The notes: generated by a model not told the origin, from the letters alone. Shown: positions 13,846-25,899, numbered from the stretch's first letter. The stretch: DNA of 64,000 bases from Chlorokybus atmophyticus (GCA_009103225.1 RHPI01002368.1:463397-527396), one strand, 5' to 3'. Translations and numbers: made by a program.

Positions 13846-16189
13846 TGTCTTTCTCACCTCGTTGCCCTTCATGCGGAACACGTCCGTTGCCGGGTACTCC
13901 GAATCTGAACACCCACATAACCCACAATGAGTTTGCCTCTTCTCTGATTATCCAACACAAACTAGTAACAAATCGTCATTGCATAATGGGTTCAATGTGC
14001 CTGCTGTGTGTGTCTCTGCGTCCTCACGGGCTGTGCGTGCGCGTGTATGAAGCAGAGTGTACAAACACACACACACAACACAACAAGGGTCTGTCACTCA
14101 CCAGGGATGCCGTCGCGGTAGTACTTGGTCATCAGGTCCACAGTGATGAAGTCGCCGACCACGGTGATGTTAGTGATCTGCTCAGCACAACAAGGGTGGC
14201 AATTGTCACATACCCATATAGTTTGGACAAAAAAAGCAGATATAGGCACACGCACGTTCGTGCGCATGCGAAAGCACTCACGGATATGTGAGCACGCGCG
14301 CACATCAACGCGCACACTTGTGTGCGCTTATGCACGCGTACACGCGCACGGACGTATCAACATGCACCAGCGCACATCAACAACACACACACGTGTACGC
14401 ACTCACGGGCACTCATACACACGCATACAGACACACACGTGCACACGAACGCACAACACACGCGCGCATACAAGCAAACACACATGCACACAGTCATGCG
14501 CACTCGTACACGCACGCATACATGCACACACACACATACCCTGTGCAGTGATCCCCTTGCGAGTCCCTTCTTGATGAGCATTGGCACCATGTTGACGATG
14601 GTGGACTTGCCCTGAACAGCCGGGAACGGGTTGCCCGCGGGAGCCATCTGCAACAACAACAACGTATATTTTATTACCATGTCAGTGTGTGGTGATGAAA
14701 CGTGTCACATGCATCCGCATATCAGTGCAGATGACACACTGTTGTGATGCGATGTATAACATCAACGTGCATGAGCGTGTACTATGGGTACTTGAGTTGC
14801 TTGCACGCACGTGAGCATTGCATGCATGCAACTAAGATACACATACACCAAGCTGTGCACACGCAGACATACACACATAGGTACGCACACATAGATACGA
14901 ACATATACACATGCACACGCACGCATACACACCTGGAAAATGGCATCCTCAGTGAAGAAGGACACAATCTTTTCCGCATCCTGCGAGTTGTACGCCTCCA
15001 AAATCTACAACACAACACAACATCAAACCCACCCCAAACCCCACCCCCACCCCCACCCACCCACTCACCCACCCACACATCCCACATACCCACCCACATT
15101 ACTCTCACCTGCATGACCACTCCCACCGGCGTGTCGTCGCGGTAGTTGCGATACCCGTACCCGAGGTACTTGCTGTAGTCTTCTGCCTCATTGTTGCTGG
15201 GTGGAGCTGTGGTTGATGTTGATGTTGTTGTTGTGGGAGGGGAGGCAACAGCTACGGCTTGGCAGCGGGCGTGGTGGCGAGTGCATGACTTGGATTGCAA
15301 CCTGAGGGGGAAGAAGTGTATGTTGGGAGGTGGCGGTGGTGGTGATGGTGACATTGCTTTGTTGTGGCATGTATTGCGTGTGGGGATGTGAGTATGTGGG
15401 CTATGCGATGAATGTGCGTGTGTGCGCGCGCATGCGTGTGTATATGTGCGGGTGTATGTGCATGCGTGTGCGCATGAAGAGAGGAGTACACTAGTGCAGG
15501 TATAGTGTGTATGGGTATGGGTATGGGTATAGGTATGTGTGTGCAGCGAGTGCAGGTGTATGTGGGCATGCATATGTGCGTGCAGGTATATGCCTTCATG
15601 TGTGTCACAGTGTGAGAGTAATTTTGAGTGGGGTGCATGCGCGTGGGTGCAAGCACCAAAAACCAACCTTTAGAGTATGAGTTTGGGTGCATGCGTTTAG
15701 TTCATGCAAACATGCACACATAAGCGGCCTATGCGTTGCTGGGTGACTCAATATGACTGCCTTGTTGGGTTGAACGCATTGCACCTGGCAACGCTACAAA
15801 TATCAAACTTCAAACACATGATACACATAATAGGTACAACAACAGAGTGCTACAGAAGTACACACTCAGTACATAGACACCGCCTGACAAGACATGCAGG
15901 TATTCTTGTAGCCAGCACAGCTGAAACGATGCTTGAGAGAGTTTGACAGGAACGAATACATAGGCTAATCAACTATACTCAAAAGGCCCGCCAGTCAAGG
16001 TTTTGACTCTTGTGTAATGTAAGAGGCTTACTTCTTGGCAGCAGGGGTGAAGCGGGCTGGCAGGGCAGCAGCCCGGTTGCGCGCAGGCAGAACAGCTGCC
16101 GCCGCCGCCGCCGACGACGATGATGAAGAGGCTGTAACATGGAGAGCAGAGTGCGGGGACACGGCGGTCGCTGAGGACGCCATCGCCAT
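10955..16189 (-). CDS. Plastid-targeted fusion protein: transit peptide + 2 SnoaL/NTF2-like domains + 2 ABM (ActVA-Orf6-like cofactor-free monooxygenase) domains; 16 exons
   Basis: In-frame exons: 16189-16032, 15301-15109, 15004-14933, 14647-14540, 14177-14102, 13904-13858, 13522-13322, 13177-12941, 12708-12645, 12556-12386, 12291-12174, 12083-11979, 11726-11637, 11562-11409, 11320-11273, 11032-10955. The N-terminus is Ser/Ala-rich ([18 protein letters not shown]...[11 protein letters not shown]). Two repeats read LEAYNxQDAEKxVSxFTEDAxFQ...[23 protein letters not shown]. Two repeats read PGFxSAxxH...NYxQ[FW]. Confidence 0.85.
13774..13843. repeat. (GA)n microsatellite in an intron
   Basis: Direct dinucleotide run. 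Confidence 0.98.
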
Positions 16190-17017
16190 CGCTACCGCCG
16201 CCGCCGCCGCTGCTATGCTGCCCCTGTTTTCCTTATTTTTCCACGCATTTCTTGCTCATTTTTGCTTGTCGCTTCGGCTGATTACGGCAACGTGACGACG
16301 CACCAGATAACTGTCCGTACTAGGCGTAACAAGATGACGCTTTCGACACAGTTTGATTCACCGCTAACTGGATTAAACTGTGCTTTAGGGCTTTGTGCCT
16401 GGGGTCAGCAGCACAGTTACACATCGAGTGCAACACGGTTTAACACGTAGATTCTTGGTCAGAGTCAGTCGCGTAACGGGATTACGCGCGCAGGCTGTTG
16501 CGTCGCTGCAACGCAAGTTGTGGATTCTTAAGCCCATTTGATAGTTGAGACTTTCGCCTTGCGAAGCCAACCAGCCTGACACAAGTGTTACCCGTGGGAT
16601 GCAGCCGATATCGACTTGATGGTATGGATATTCGGTCTATACGTAGACCACAAACTTTCTAGCCGAAGTAATGACCGGTTGATTCTAAGCTACGCAACAG
16701 TCACTTCGATCTTACAGAAGGGTGCGTTGTCGCAGGCATTGAGAGCGACCAAAAGCCCACTTACAGGCGAATAAGAAGGCGAAGCTGTATGGTAGTATCG
16801 GCTGCAAGCGTCAAGGGTCAAGTTGGGCTGTCTCTGGTCTTTAATCGGTTTGACACAACACTTCTGTATGAATGCAAAGGTGAAAATATGCCCCAAAAAT
16901 AAAGTTCAAGGAAATACCCACAAGTTGGTTTGTTGGTGTGCCAGCTGGCGGTGGCGGAGAAGGCGAAGGAGACGGAGAAGGCGGCGAGGGTTGGACGCTA
17001 GTTTGACACGTGGCGCA
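16190..17017. promoter_or_regulatory. Shared divergent promoter/5' UTR region of the SnoaL-ABM and EthD genes
   Basis: About 830 bp between the two oppositely oriented start codons; contains GACACGTGGC (G-box/ABRE-like) at 17005-17014. Confidence 0.55.
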
Positions 17018-17160
17018 ATGGCTGCCCAGGTACGACAACACCCTACTTGTTGTTGGCAATGCTGAGTGGCTATTTCTGCCCTGCACCTGCCATGCATTTG
17101 CTTTGATGAGTCGGTTAGCATTAGGCTTTAGGCTTTTGCTTCCGATGTTTTAAGCATACT

Positions 17161-17191
<31 letters not shown>

Positions 17192-20100
17192 CTTGGTGCA
17201 CACAGTATACTGTTGCTGTGAAACATTTCATTGTACAAGCACAGGCTACTGATCGGGTTGGCCCATATTCACTCAAGTGGCAATCGCAGTGGATCAGGTG
17301 TTGCGTTCAAGCAAGAAACAAACCTGCTCAGCTGTCGCATTGTCATTCGTAAGCAACACAAGCGTAAAAGTGTACTACTGGTAGGCGTTTTGCGTTTATT
17401 TTCACAACACTCCAAAGTTAAAATGTATTTCAGACTGTATTCACATCTTTGTTGCCACTACTACCCCCCACCCCAGCCAACAACAGCATCAACAACAAAC
17501 TCTCAATGCATGCCCCATCCAGCGCATATGTCCTTTACTCAACTCACTTATGGGAGCAACAAAACTGTTGATCATATGAGTATTATCTGGTTTGCATGCT
17601 TGGTGAAAAGGTGAAAAGGTATTACACAAGCCAGTGCCTGCATACAACAATGCATGCATGTGCATTACTTAGTTATTGACACGTCACTTCTTGTTCTCAT
17701 CCAGTGCGCGATGGGTTCGATATCTCTCCCGATGGCGAAATCCGCCTCGCCTTCCATGCCGACTGCCTCTTTCATCAAAGGCCAGACTCTAAAGAAGGCG
17801 ATATCACTCAAAGCCGCCCCTCGCAGACAGGTGAGTGAGATCACAACTCAACACATGTGCGTGTGTGTACATGTTGTGTGGCTGTAAATGCGTATGTGTG
17901 TTTGTCCAACAGAGTGTTGCTATCCGTGCGGTGATGACGCCACCCGTCAGCGAGGACGAAATCAGCCGCGCTCTGCACATGCTCGACGCCGGGGGCAGCA
18001 TTGAAGTAAGCACACATACTGATACTACTTGTGTGTATGTTGCATTGACTCACCTTCCAACATTATGCGTGCATGCATTGTCAATGAGCACTTGTTGCTT
18101 CCATGTGGTTTGCACCTTGAGCTGTATGTCATTCACTCGAGCAGCCCCATTTTTGCATGCAGGCACACACGCGCATGCATGCTCTTATGTGTAAGTGCGT
18201 GTATCGTGAGTCACCATCGTGCCAGTGTACTAAAAATGTGTCCTTGTGTTGGAACACTGCAGGAGCGGTCTGCGTGGAGAGCGAAGCTGTGGCGTGAGAT
18301 CATGGAGGCAGGAAAGGGCACGTTCACCACCGCACAGGCACGTACACACCCTTGCCTCCTCTGAAATGTGATGAGACCATCATACATTTGTGTGCATGTG
18401 CACGCGCACATGCATGTGCGTGTGTGTTGGTGCATGTGTGCATGTGTCCACGTGCGTGCGCACACGCGCGTGCGTGTGCAAATGCATGTGCGCGGCAGGT
18501 ATGCGTGCACACTTGCGCTTGCGTTCCCGCGCATGCGTGCGCATGAACGCGCGCACGCGCGTGTGTGTGCGTGCGTGCACACTTGCCATTGCGTGCATGT
18601 GCACGTGCATACGTGTGTGTTTATTGATGAATGCAATCCTTTCAGGTTGCTGCGGCGGTTTACCGTGTCGAGCAGGAGAAGTTTGGCGAGTCTCTGTCGG
18701 ACAACCTTGCCGACCTGGCCGCACGCGACGCAGACGGCCGCGTCACGTTCTACGTACTCCTCTGGAAACGCTCCGGTACGCGCCTTGGCTGCTGCGTTTG
18801 CACTGCTTGCACACCAAACAACATCACTGTGCTGTGGCTCAAGCAACATGCACTCGCCTGCACACACACGCTCACATGCATCTGCATACGCGCTGTGGTT
18901 TGAGCAGCACACTTCCGCACACGCACGCACTGAGCGCATGTGCACGTGTATGTTGCGCGCGCGTGTGTGTTCTTGTGTCACACAAGCTTCTCGCATAACT
19001 CAGATTGCAACTACAAAGGAAAACAAAATTATCTTTCACCTGCAATTGTAGTCACTACATCACTGCTTATGTTTCATTGTAATCCTGCCGTACTCATCGA
19101 TCGCTTGTTACCCGTTTTAGGTTTGAGTCTTGAGCTGTTTGACGACTACTGGCGCAACGTGCACGGCCCCGTATGCGCCCGTCTCCCCGGACAGCACCAG
19201 TACTGGCAGGTGAATGATAATAACACACACACTCTCTCATAACAAGATGATGGTGATGTTGACGATGTGTGTCTACAGTTTCATGTGGCGCACTCGGATG
19301 GAGGCATCTGGCAGGCGCCGGCTGGTGTGGAGATTGAGACGGCAGAACACCGACAGTTTGATGGTAACTTATCATGATGGCGGTGTGTGGGGTTGGGTGT
19401 GCACACGTACACACACGCACACAGTATCATCTCATGTGTGCATGCGCGTGCGATAAAAGGCATGTCAACATTATTGTTGTTGCATTGGTTCGCAGAAATG
19501 ACTGTTGGTAGATGTATATACCCCACATGTTTGTCTGAGTGCGTCATCCTGTCCCTGTTCTGTCCTGTGCCAACCACACAGAAGTTGTCGTATGTGTTGG
19601 TTGTATCACAAACTGAGTGGCATCACGCGCAGGTATTGCGGAGCTGACTTTCCGTAGCGTTGAGCAGCGTGCGATCTGGTTCAAGGCCGCGGGCATCCTC
19701 ATGGACGACGAGCACAACGTCTTCTCAAAGGCACTCGGATACACCACATCCGACGTACGCTTGTGGGCTTGCGCGCATGTGTGCATGCGCATACGTGTAT
19801 ATGTGTGTACATGTGCACGCGCGCGCATACGTGTGCGGGTGCCATTGCACGCATGGAGTGCGTGTGCGTATGCGCGTGCAAGCGCGCGTGCGTGTGTGCA
19901 TGCGCGCGTGTGCATGTACATGCCTGTGCGTGTGCAAGCTGCCATGCCTAAGCCTGTAGCATTCCATTGCATTCTGTGGCTGCGTGGCACTGTGGCAGTA
20001 GACCAATTGTTCATATGCAAGTCTCTCACATGCTTCGCTACATTGTCTCTCAGGGCAACTCCATCACGTTCAAGGATGTCGTGCGCAACCCCGCACCCAA

Positions 20101-21182
20101 CGGCACACAGCCTTTCATCAAGCTGCACACGCTCATCCGAAAGGCACGCGTGTGTTGCATTTTTGTGTCATCAACCCTTTACTGTAATGACACCGTCATA
20201 TTGTATCACGTTGTAGCGTAAACATAATGATTGCTATACACTACAGGTGCCTTCTGCTGATACTCAAGCCTTCAGACGGTACATGATGGACTTCACGGGC
20301 GCTCTCTACTCTATTCCACAGGTGAGTGACACCAACACCAACATCACCATCGACAACCACCACCACAACAGTAACAACAACAGCAACAACATGTGGCATT
20401 CCAACAGGTGACGAAGATCCGCCTGCACCTTTTCGACGGTTTGGACCTGAGCCGGCCGGATGCGCAGGGCGTGGCTCACGGCGAGACCGAGCAGTACTGG
20501 TATCAGGTAACGTGTGCGTTGACGTGCGCGCGCGTCTATTGTTGTCGTGATTATACCGCTCGCTATGTCAATTGCACCAAGATGATAACACTATGTGACG
20601 GTTGGTGCTTACTTGCTTGCATTATAGGCTGCGCTTGAGCTGTGTTTCCCGACAAAGCTTGACATGGAGTTGTTCTTCGAGCACCCCAAGTACAAGGCCG
20701 CGTGCGCCGACCAGGCCAGATACGTGGCGGTAAGCTGTGTGTTACACACCAAACTTCAGTGTATGAGCACATGCACGCTTGATATTGGCAAAGTTGTGCC
20801 TGTTGTATCCAACAACATTGGAGGCAAATATCACCTAAGAATTGAGGGTGTTTCCCGCGTAAAGTCCACTTGCAGAAATGCTGATGATTATTGTACGCAT
20901 CTGGGTGCATGCTGGTACCTGATATAAGAATCACTCCTGTAAATATGAGCTTGGAATTTGTGTTGGGGTGCGTGCAGTGCTCATACGCTCCTTTATGTGC
21001 AGGCCATGGGAGTGTTTCCGCAGCGCACGGCGTACACATTTGTGTACAGCGACAAGATGACGATGGCGGGGATCCGTTCGTCGGTGGTGGCGCAGAACAT
21101 TACTGACATCGGCGCCACCAACCAGCTCCGCGACGACATCTCCGAGCTCATGGTCAAGGGCTGGGGCCAGCACATGCTGTAA
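17018..21182 (+). CDS. Plastid-targeted tandem EthD-domain (dimeric alpha-beta barrel) protein of bacterial/cyanobacterial type; 13 exons
   Basis: A 12-nt first coding exon (ATGGCTGCCCAG, 17018-17029) splices in frame to 17705. Transit peptide MAAQCAMGSISLPMAKSASPSMPTASF...SVAIRA. Core: ARDADGRVTFYVLLWKRSGLSLELFDDYWRNVHGPVCARLPGQHQYWQFHVAH...FDGIAELTF...LMDDEHNVFSKALGY...KIRLHLF...TAYTFVY..MTMAGIRSS..IGATNQL. The YWRNVHGP and FDGIAELTF motifs are EthD-like. Confidence 0.85.
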
Positions 21183-21799
21183 AGTACAATGATGGTGATA
21201 CGATCTGGTCATAATATGGTCAAATGTGGGTCATGAGTGTCCTATTCTTGTATGTATGATATAAACAGTGATGCGGGTTTGGATGTGCGGTTGTTGAGGG
21301 AGTACACATCTCTCAAGTAGGGTCATGAGTGCTGTCGTGGGTGTGTGGCATTGGTGTGAGATGGGCATCTCGACAAGCAGCCTCTATTATCGTGGACATG
21401 TACGTGTTGAATAACAGTGCTGCACCATGCCTATCCGCGCACATCACATATATCACATACAACCTTAGCCACACCTACACGTCCACGGCGCAACGCGAGC
21501 GCCGCGTCCGCCTCAGGGTATCTCGATAAGACTGCGCACAACTAGGTCAGCGGGACCTTTGTTTGGATATTATTAGGCAATTTGTTGTGCAATAGAAATG
21601 AAGGAGTAGACAATGGAAATGCGCCTCTCACCCATCATATATAGACATTACATAGTAACGCATTTTGCTGCGGTGGTCATGGGTGCTGGCATTGTCGAAT
21701 ACTGATGACTGCCTGGACACAACCAACGCCTGATGCTGAATATCATCATCATCACCACATGTAGCGCTCAGCTCCAAACGGGGGGGGGGGGGGGGGGGG

Positions 21800-21839
21800 N
21801 NNNNNNNNNNNNNNNNNNNNNNNNNNNNNNNNNNNNNNN
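21800..21839. other. Assembly gap (N run) flanked by poly-G
   Basis: N characters between G homopolymers. Confidence 0.99.
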
Positions 21840-21940
21840 GGGGGGGGGGGGGGGGGGGCACATGCAATGCTGTAGCTAACTGTGGCCACACTTGTGCACT
21901 CAAAACGGCAGTCATCGATGCGGCAGTAGGCGGGCGGAGG

Positions 21941-22420
21941 TAGCGGCGGAGATATGGGCGAACAAGGAAGGGGAGTCCGTTGGGGTCTGTTGCTGTGGAC
22001 TTAGGTGCAAGGATGGGCCGCTAACCAACAACAGCCGTGCTACAGGTTGGTTCGTGTTACCTGCTGCTACTGCCTGCTGCTGCTGCTGCTGCCTGCTTCA
22101 CGGTATTGCATTGCACATAGGTCATTTGGACTAGGCTAGTGTGATGGCCCCGGGTGTAATATAAGTGTGGCGCTGTGCTGGTTGGCTTGAGTTGCTTTGG
22201 TAGTTCGTGTGTACAGTATAAAGGATGCATGGACTGTGGCATGCATGAGAGTGCAAGGCCTCAAGGCTTCACTACTAGCCCAAACCCCGTTAGACAAGCA
22301 TGCATGCACGCGGCATCAGCTGCACCACGGCCGTTTGTTAGCGGCCCAATCGTCGAGGAGGCAGCAGCAGCGTCAGCAGACCCAACGGTCTCCCCCTTCT
22401 CCGCCCACATCACCGCCGCC
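21941..22420. repeat. Degenerate inverted repeat with arms of about 105 bp (21941-22047 and 22318-22420)
   Basis: GCGGCGGAGATATGGGCG..GGGGAGTCCGTTGGGGTCTG..GATGGGCCGCTAACCAAC aligns with the reverse complement of the second arm. Confidence 0.6.
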
Positions 22421-24515
22421 ACCCACACTGCGTCGTCCACCCTGCTTGACGCGACTGTGTCGTTAGGGTTTGCGACTGTGTGTGTGTGTGTGTGCGCGCG
22501 CGCGCAATGTGACTCATTTCCTATGCAACACAGCTGGCTGTAAAGTGCCGTTAGTGCAATCGAAAAGAGAGTTAGCGATCATGCGCTTGAGACCTTTGCC
22601 AATTTCACGGCCTGTTTCCACAAGCTAATATTACCTTGTGGGGTTCATCAATCATTGCGCGCCGCTTACTTTAACACAAGGGATTACATGCTAGCCGCAT
22701 GTCGGGCTTCGTCCATTTCCAGTGCAAAAGAGTGTTGACGATGTATTCACATCGTCAACACTCTATTGCACTGGACAACGCTTGTACAAGGTATTGGAAT
22801 TCATGAAATCCTTCAATCATCATCACTATCACATCACACATAGCAGAAGCAACAGTGAATCTAGGGCGGGGGGTATAGCTTTTTTATCAACTACTGCTAG
22901 GACACCCTCTAGCCTATGTGCGTGTGTGCCATGTGCAATGTGACAGGGAAACGACGAGGGCACGTGAAGGCAAGATGCAGTGGCTGCACCTGCGGGGAGA
23001 GGAGGTGGAGAAGGCGATTGTATGAGTCCAGCGAGAGCGCAACGGTAAGCAGCACAGGCAGTAGTGTGGATGTGTTGTGCTATGCTATGCTGTGATGATG
23101 TGGACACCCACGCCCCCCACTGCCGCCTCAACCCGCCACCACCGCCACTGGCCTGCTAGAACGACACACTGGCCAGTGTAGCCATTAGGGTTAGGCAAGA
23201 TTAGGGTCAGTCACAATCACATGAACCCGTAACTGCAGTGACACATGCGCATATGTCCATTGCATTCGCATGTTGCAAAGCAAATAGATGCAACAAAGCA
23301 ATGCACACGCAAGCACACGCACACGCAAGCAACCAGGCACAGCTAGGACAATAGCATTACACAGATTCTGGGGGGCCCAGAGCAGTGCTAGACTTCTAAG
23401 ACCTTAAACGCATACATCATATACACAACCACTGGGTAGGATGGAGTGGGGAGGGATGCAGCAAGGAGGGGGAGGGGGAGGGGAGGTAATCACCTGCACA
23501 GCAGCGGGAAGAGCGTCAGGTCTTGTCCTTGTAAGTCAATGATGATAATGGAGGTGAGACATGTTGATGATGTACAGGCAGCACGTTGAACGTGCGATGC
23601 AATGTGCTCAGGGCGTGGTCCTATTGGAGAGGGCAATTAAGGCCACGCGCATGATTATGAGCCGGCGACCACTTCAGACTGCCCCTGCTAGTACCTTCCA
23701 AGCATTACCGTGCTCTTCACGGGAGGCCTATATACTGGCGTGCATGGCTTCGGTATGCAATGGTTTGCTAGGTGTACATAAATCTCAAAAAGTATTCTAC
23801 ATATGCAATGAGTGCCTTGCACAAGTTAATCATGTCCAACAATGGCATGCATGATAGCTCACCATATACATACCTCAAGCTGACCACAGCAACCACCGGG
23901 CAACATTACTCACTCTATGGCCTAGCTAACCAACTACCCCACCCTGTTAGGCATGCACTGCATGCCTATGCCAACTGAATCACCTGCGGCACGGCTGTTG
24001 TACAGAAAATGCGAGAGGGGTATGCCCATTCAGACCACACCGCGCATGCAACACTCTGCAGAACACACTCACCTCGTTACTACATACGCGACCACCAGGG
24101 TACCTACTCTACTCCTACACCTACGTCTACGCCCACCTGTCAGTCATGCATTGTTGTGTTGGTGTAGCAGCATTGCGCGCACACATACAGAAGCTTGCGG
24201 TAACTGTGCAACCTTCAACTTGCTGTAGCTGCAGTTGACTGGACTTGACAAGCGACGTGACATGAGATCACAGGGATACGCAAAGACAGTAGCAGGCCTT
24301 TTATTTTATACTTTTTAGCACAGGCAGGGACAATGGCACTCACGGCATGCACTGCGACACGCACAACTGCCATACAGCACTGTGGCAAACCGATAAACCG
24401 CCCATTCGCAGACCGCTGACATGCACACCACTGTGGCGAAGAAACCACAAGAAAGCATAAGAACGGCTTGCCTTGTTTGCATTGAGACTGCGACATACAG
24501 AACAAGAGTTATGAC

Positions 24516-25827
24516 CTACGCCTTGACAGCATATTTCCTCATGGGGAAATACCGCTCCTTCTTGACTTGGCGCTCGGTCTTGAGGCTCTTCTGGTTCTGT
24601 GTGAGCTGACGCCGGATAGCACGGGTCTTCTTGGGCCGCAGATCCAGAGGCACGTACTGCAAGCAAGGGCATGATTAATACACTAACAAACATTGTGCAT
24701 AGCTTTGCGCACTAACATAGCAATCAGCATAGTGGCAGACTCACAACAATCAACACATTCGGCGCAGCATGTACAAAATGTGTCATGGTCAGCATCAACA
24801 ATAACAACAGCACCTTCTTACCTTCTTGCCCTCATAACCAGTGCGCAAAGAGCTCTTCTGAGACTGGTGGATGACGGTCAAAACTCGGGCAATGCTAAGG
24901 CGCACAAGTGCGATCTTGCTGAGCTTGTTGGGCGCACCACCGGTAACCTTTGCAACACGCAGCGCCGCCAACTCTGTCCTGAGCTCCTTCAACTGCAGCG
25001 ATCGACATGAGTTACTGGTCAGACCTGTGATCCTCGTGGTATTGATAGGTTGCCATGTGCAACAGGCGATCAGGCTACGTGATGCGAGCATATGCTGAAG
25101 CTTGGAATAGAAACACATGTAAACTTGCTGGGCCATCACAGAATGTGCTCAATAGTGCAACGGATTGTTGTGGCATGCAGTTGTGCTACAGTCATCATTC
25201 TGCAAGTCACATTACGAGATTAAACTACAAAGTTTAAGATCACTTTCATACAGCCGACAACACAGCCTGGGACACAACTGCATGCTACAACCATCATACT
25301 GTTAAAAACATTCCATATTTCAACTACGAAGTTTGAGATCAATTCGCATACAGCCAACAACATGGAAACCATACGTTTGCTAGCGATTCGTGCAAGTTGT
25401 GAGTCCCGGCAAACCGACAGCCACAGTGCAATACATAGAATAATCTGGTAAATGAGGGAGCACACTCAGGGAACTGAGGGGATTAGTAGTAAGGGTCCAC
25501 AAACATTTGTGGATAGTAGAGTGCACATGAATATGTCAGCTACCTGATTGAGAAGATCAGTCTTGCTCTTCTTACGAAGCTCGTGCACCTTCAACCGCGC
25601 TGTGCACACACAATGGTAGCAGCATTGTCAATCAACAAGTTTTCACACGGAAGCAATCCCACGACAACGCAACCACAAAGCCACTTATAGCCATCAGACC
25701 ATTAACATACAGCAAAACCCTTAGATCGAGCACCAGCCCAAAACAGCTAAAGAAAACAGAAACAAATCCAGCCAAAGCGCAAGCCCAATCCCAGAAAAGA
25801 AACGTCCCCTCCTCAATACGCACCCAT
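24516..25827 (-). CDS. RPL35: 60S ribosomal protein L35 (uL29); 4 coding exons
   Basis: ATGG micro-exon (25827-25824), then [77 protein letters not shown]...[14 protein letters not shown]. Confidence 0.97.
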
Positions 25828-25899
25828 TGCGCCTACTGACACGTGGCACGCTCCCGCGGTGACGGCGGCGGCAGCGGCGGCGACGCCAAAGAGGGCGCA

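Noticed and set aside
1011-21000. Many long His/Thr/Cys/Val/Ala-rich ORFs in the six-frame track
   Set aside because: They are translations of intronic (CA)n/(TG)n/RY and (GA)n repeats, not proteins
22946-23540. Exon-like segments with GTAAGC/GTAAGT donors between the EthD gene and RPL35
   Set aside because: No coherent reading frame or recognisable product; could be a lncRNA but this is unsupported
25071-25198. Possible C/D-box snoRNA in an RPL35 intron (ATGATGA ... CTGA on the minus strand)
   Set aside because: No convincing terminal stem or recognisable rRNA guide, and the spacing is long
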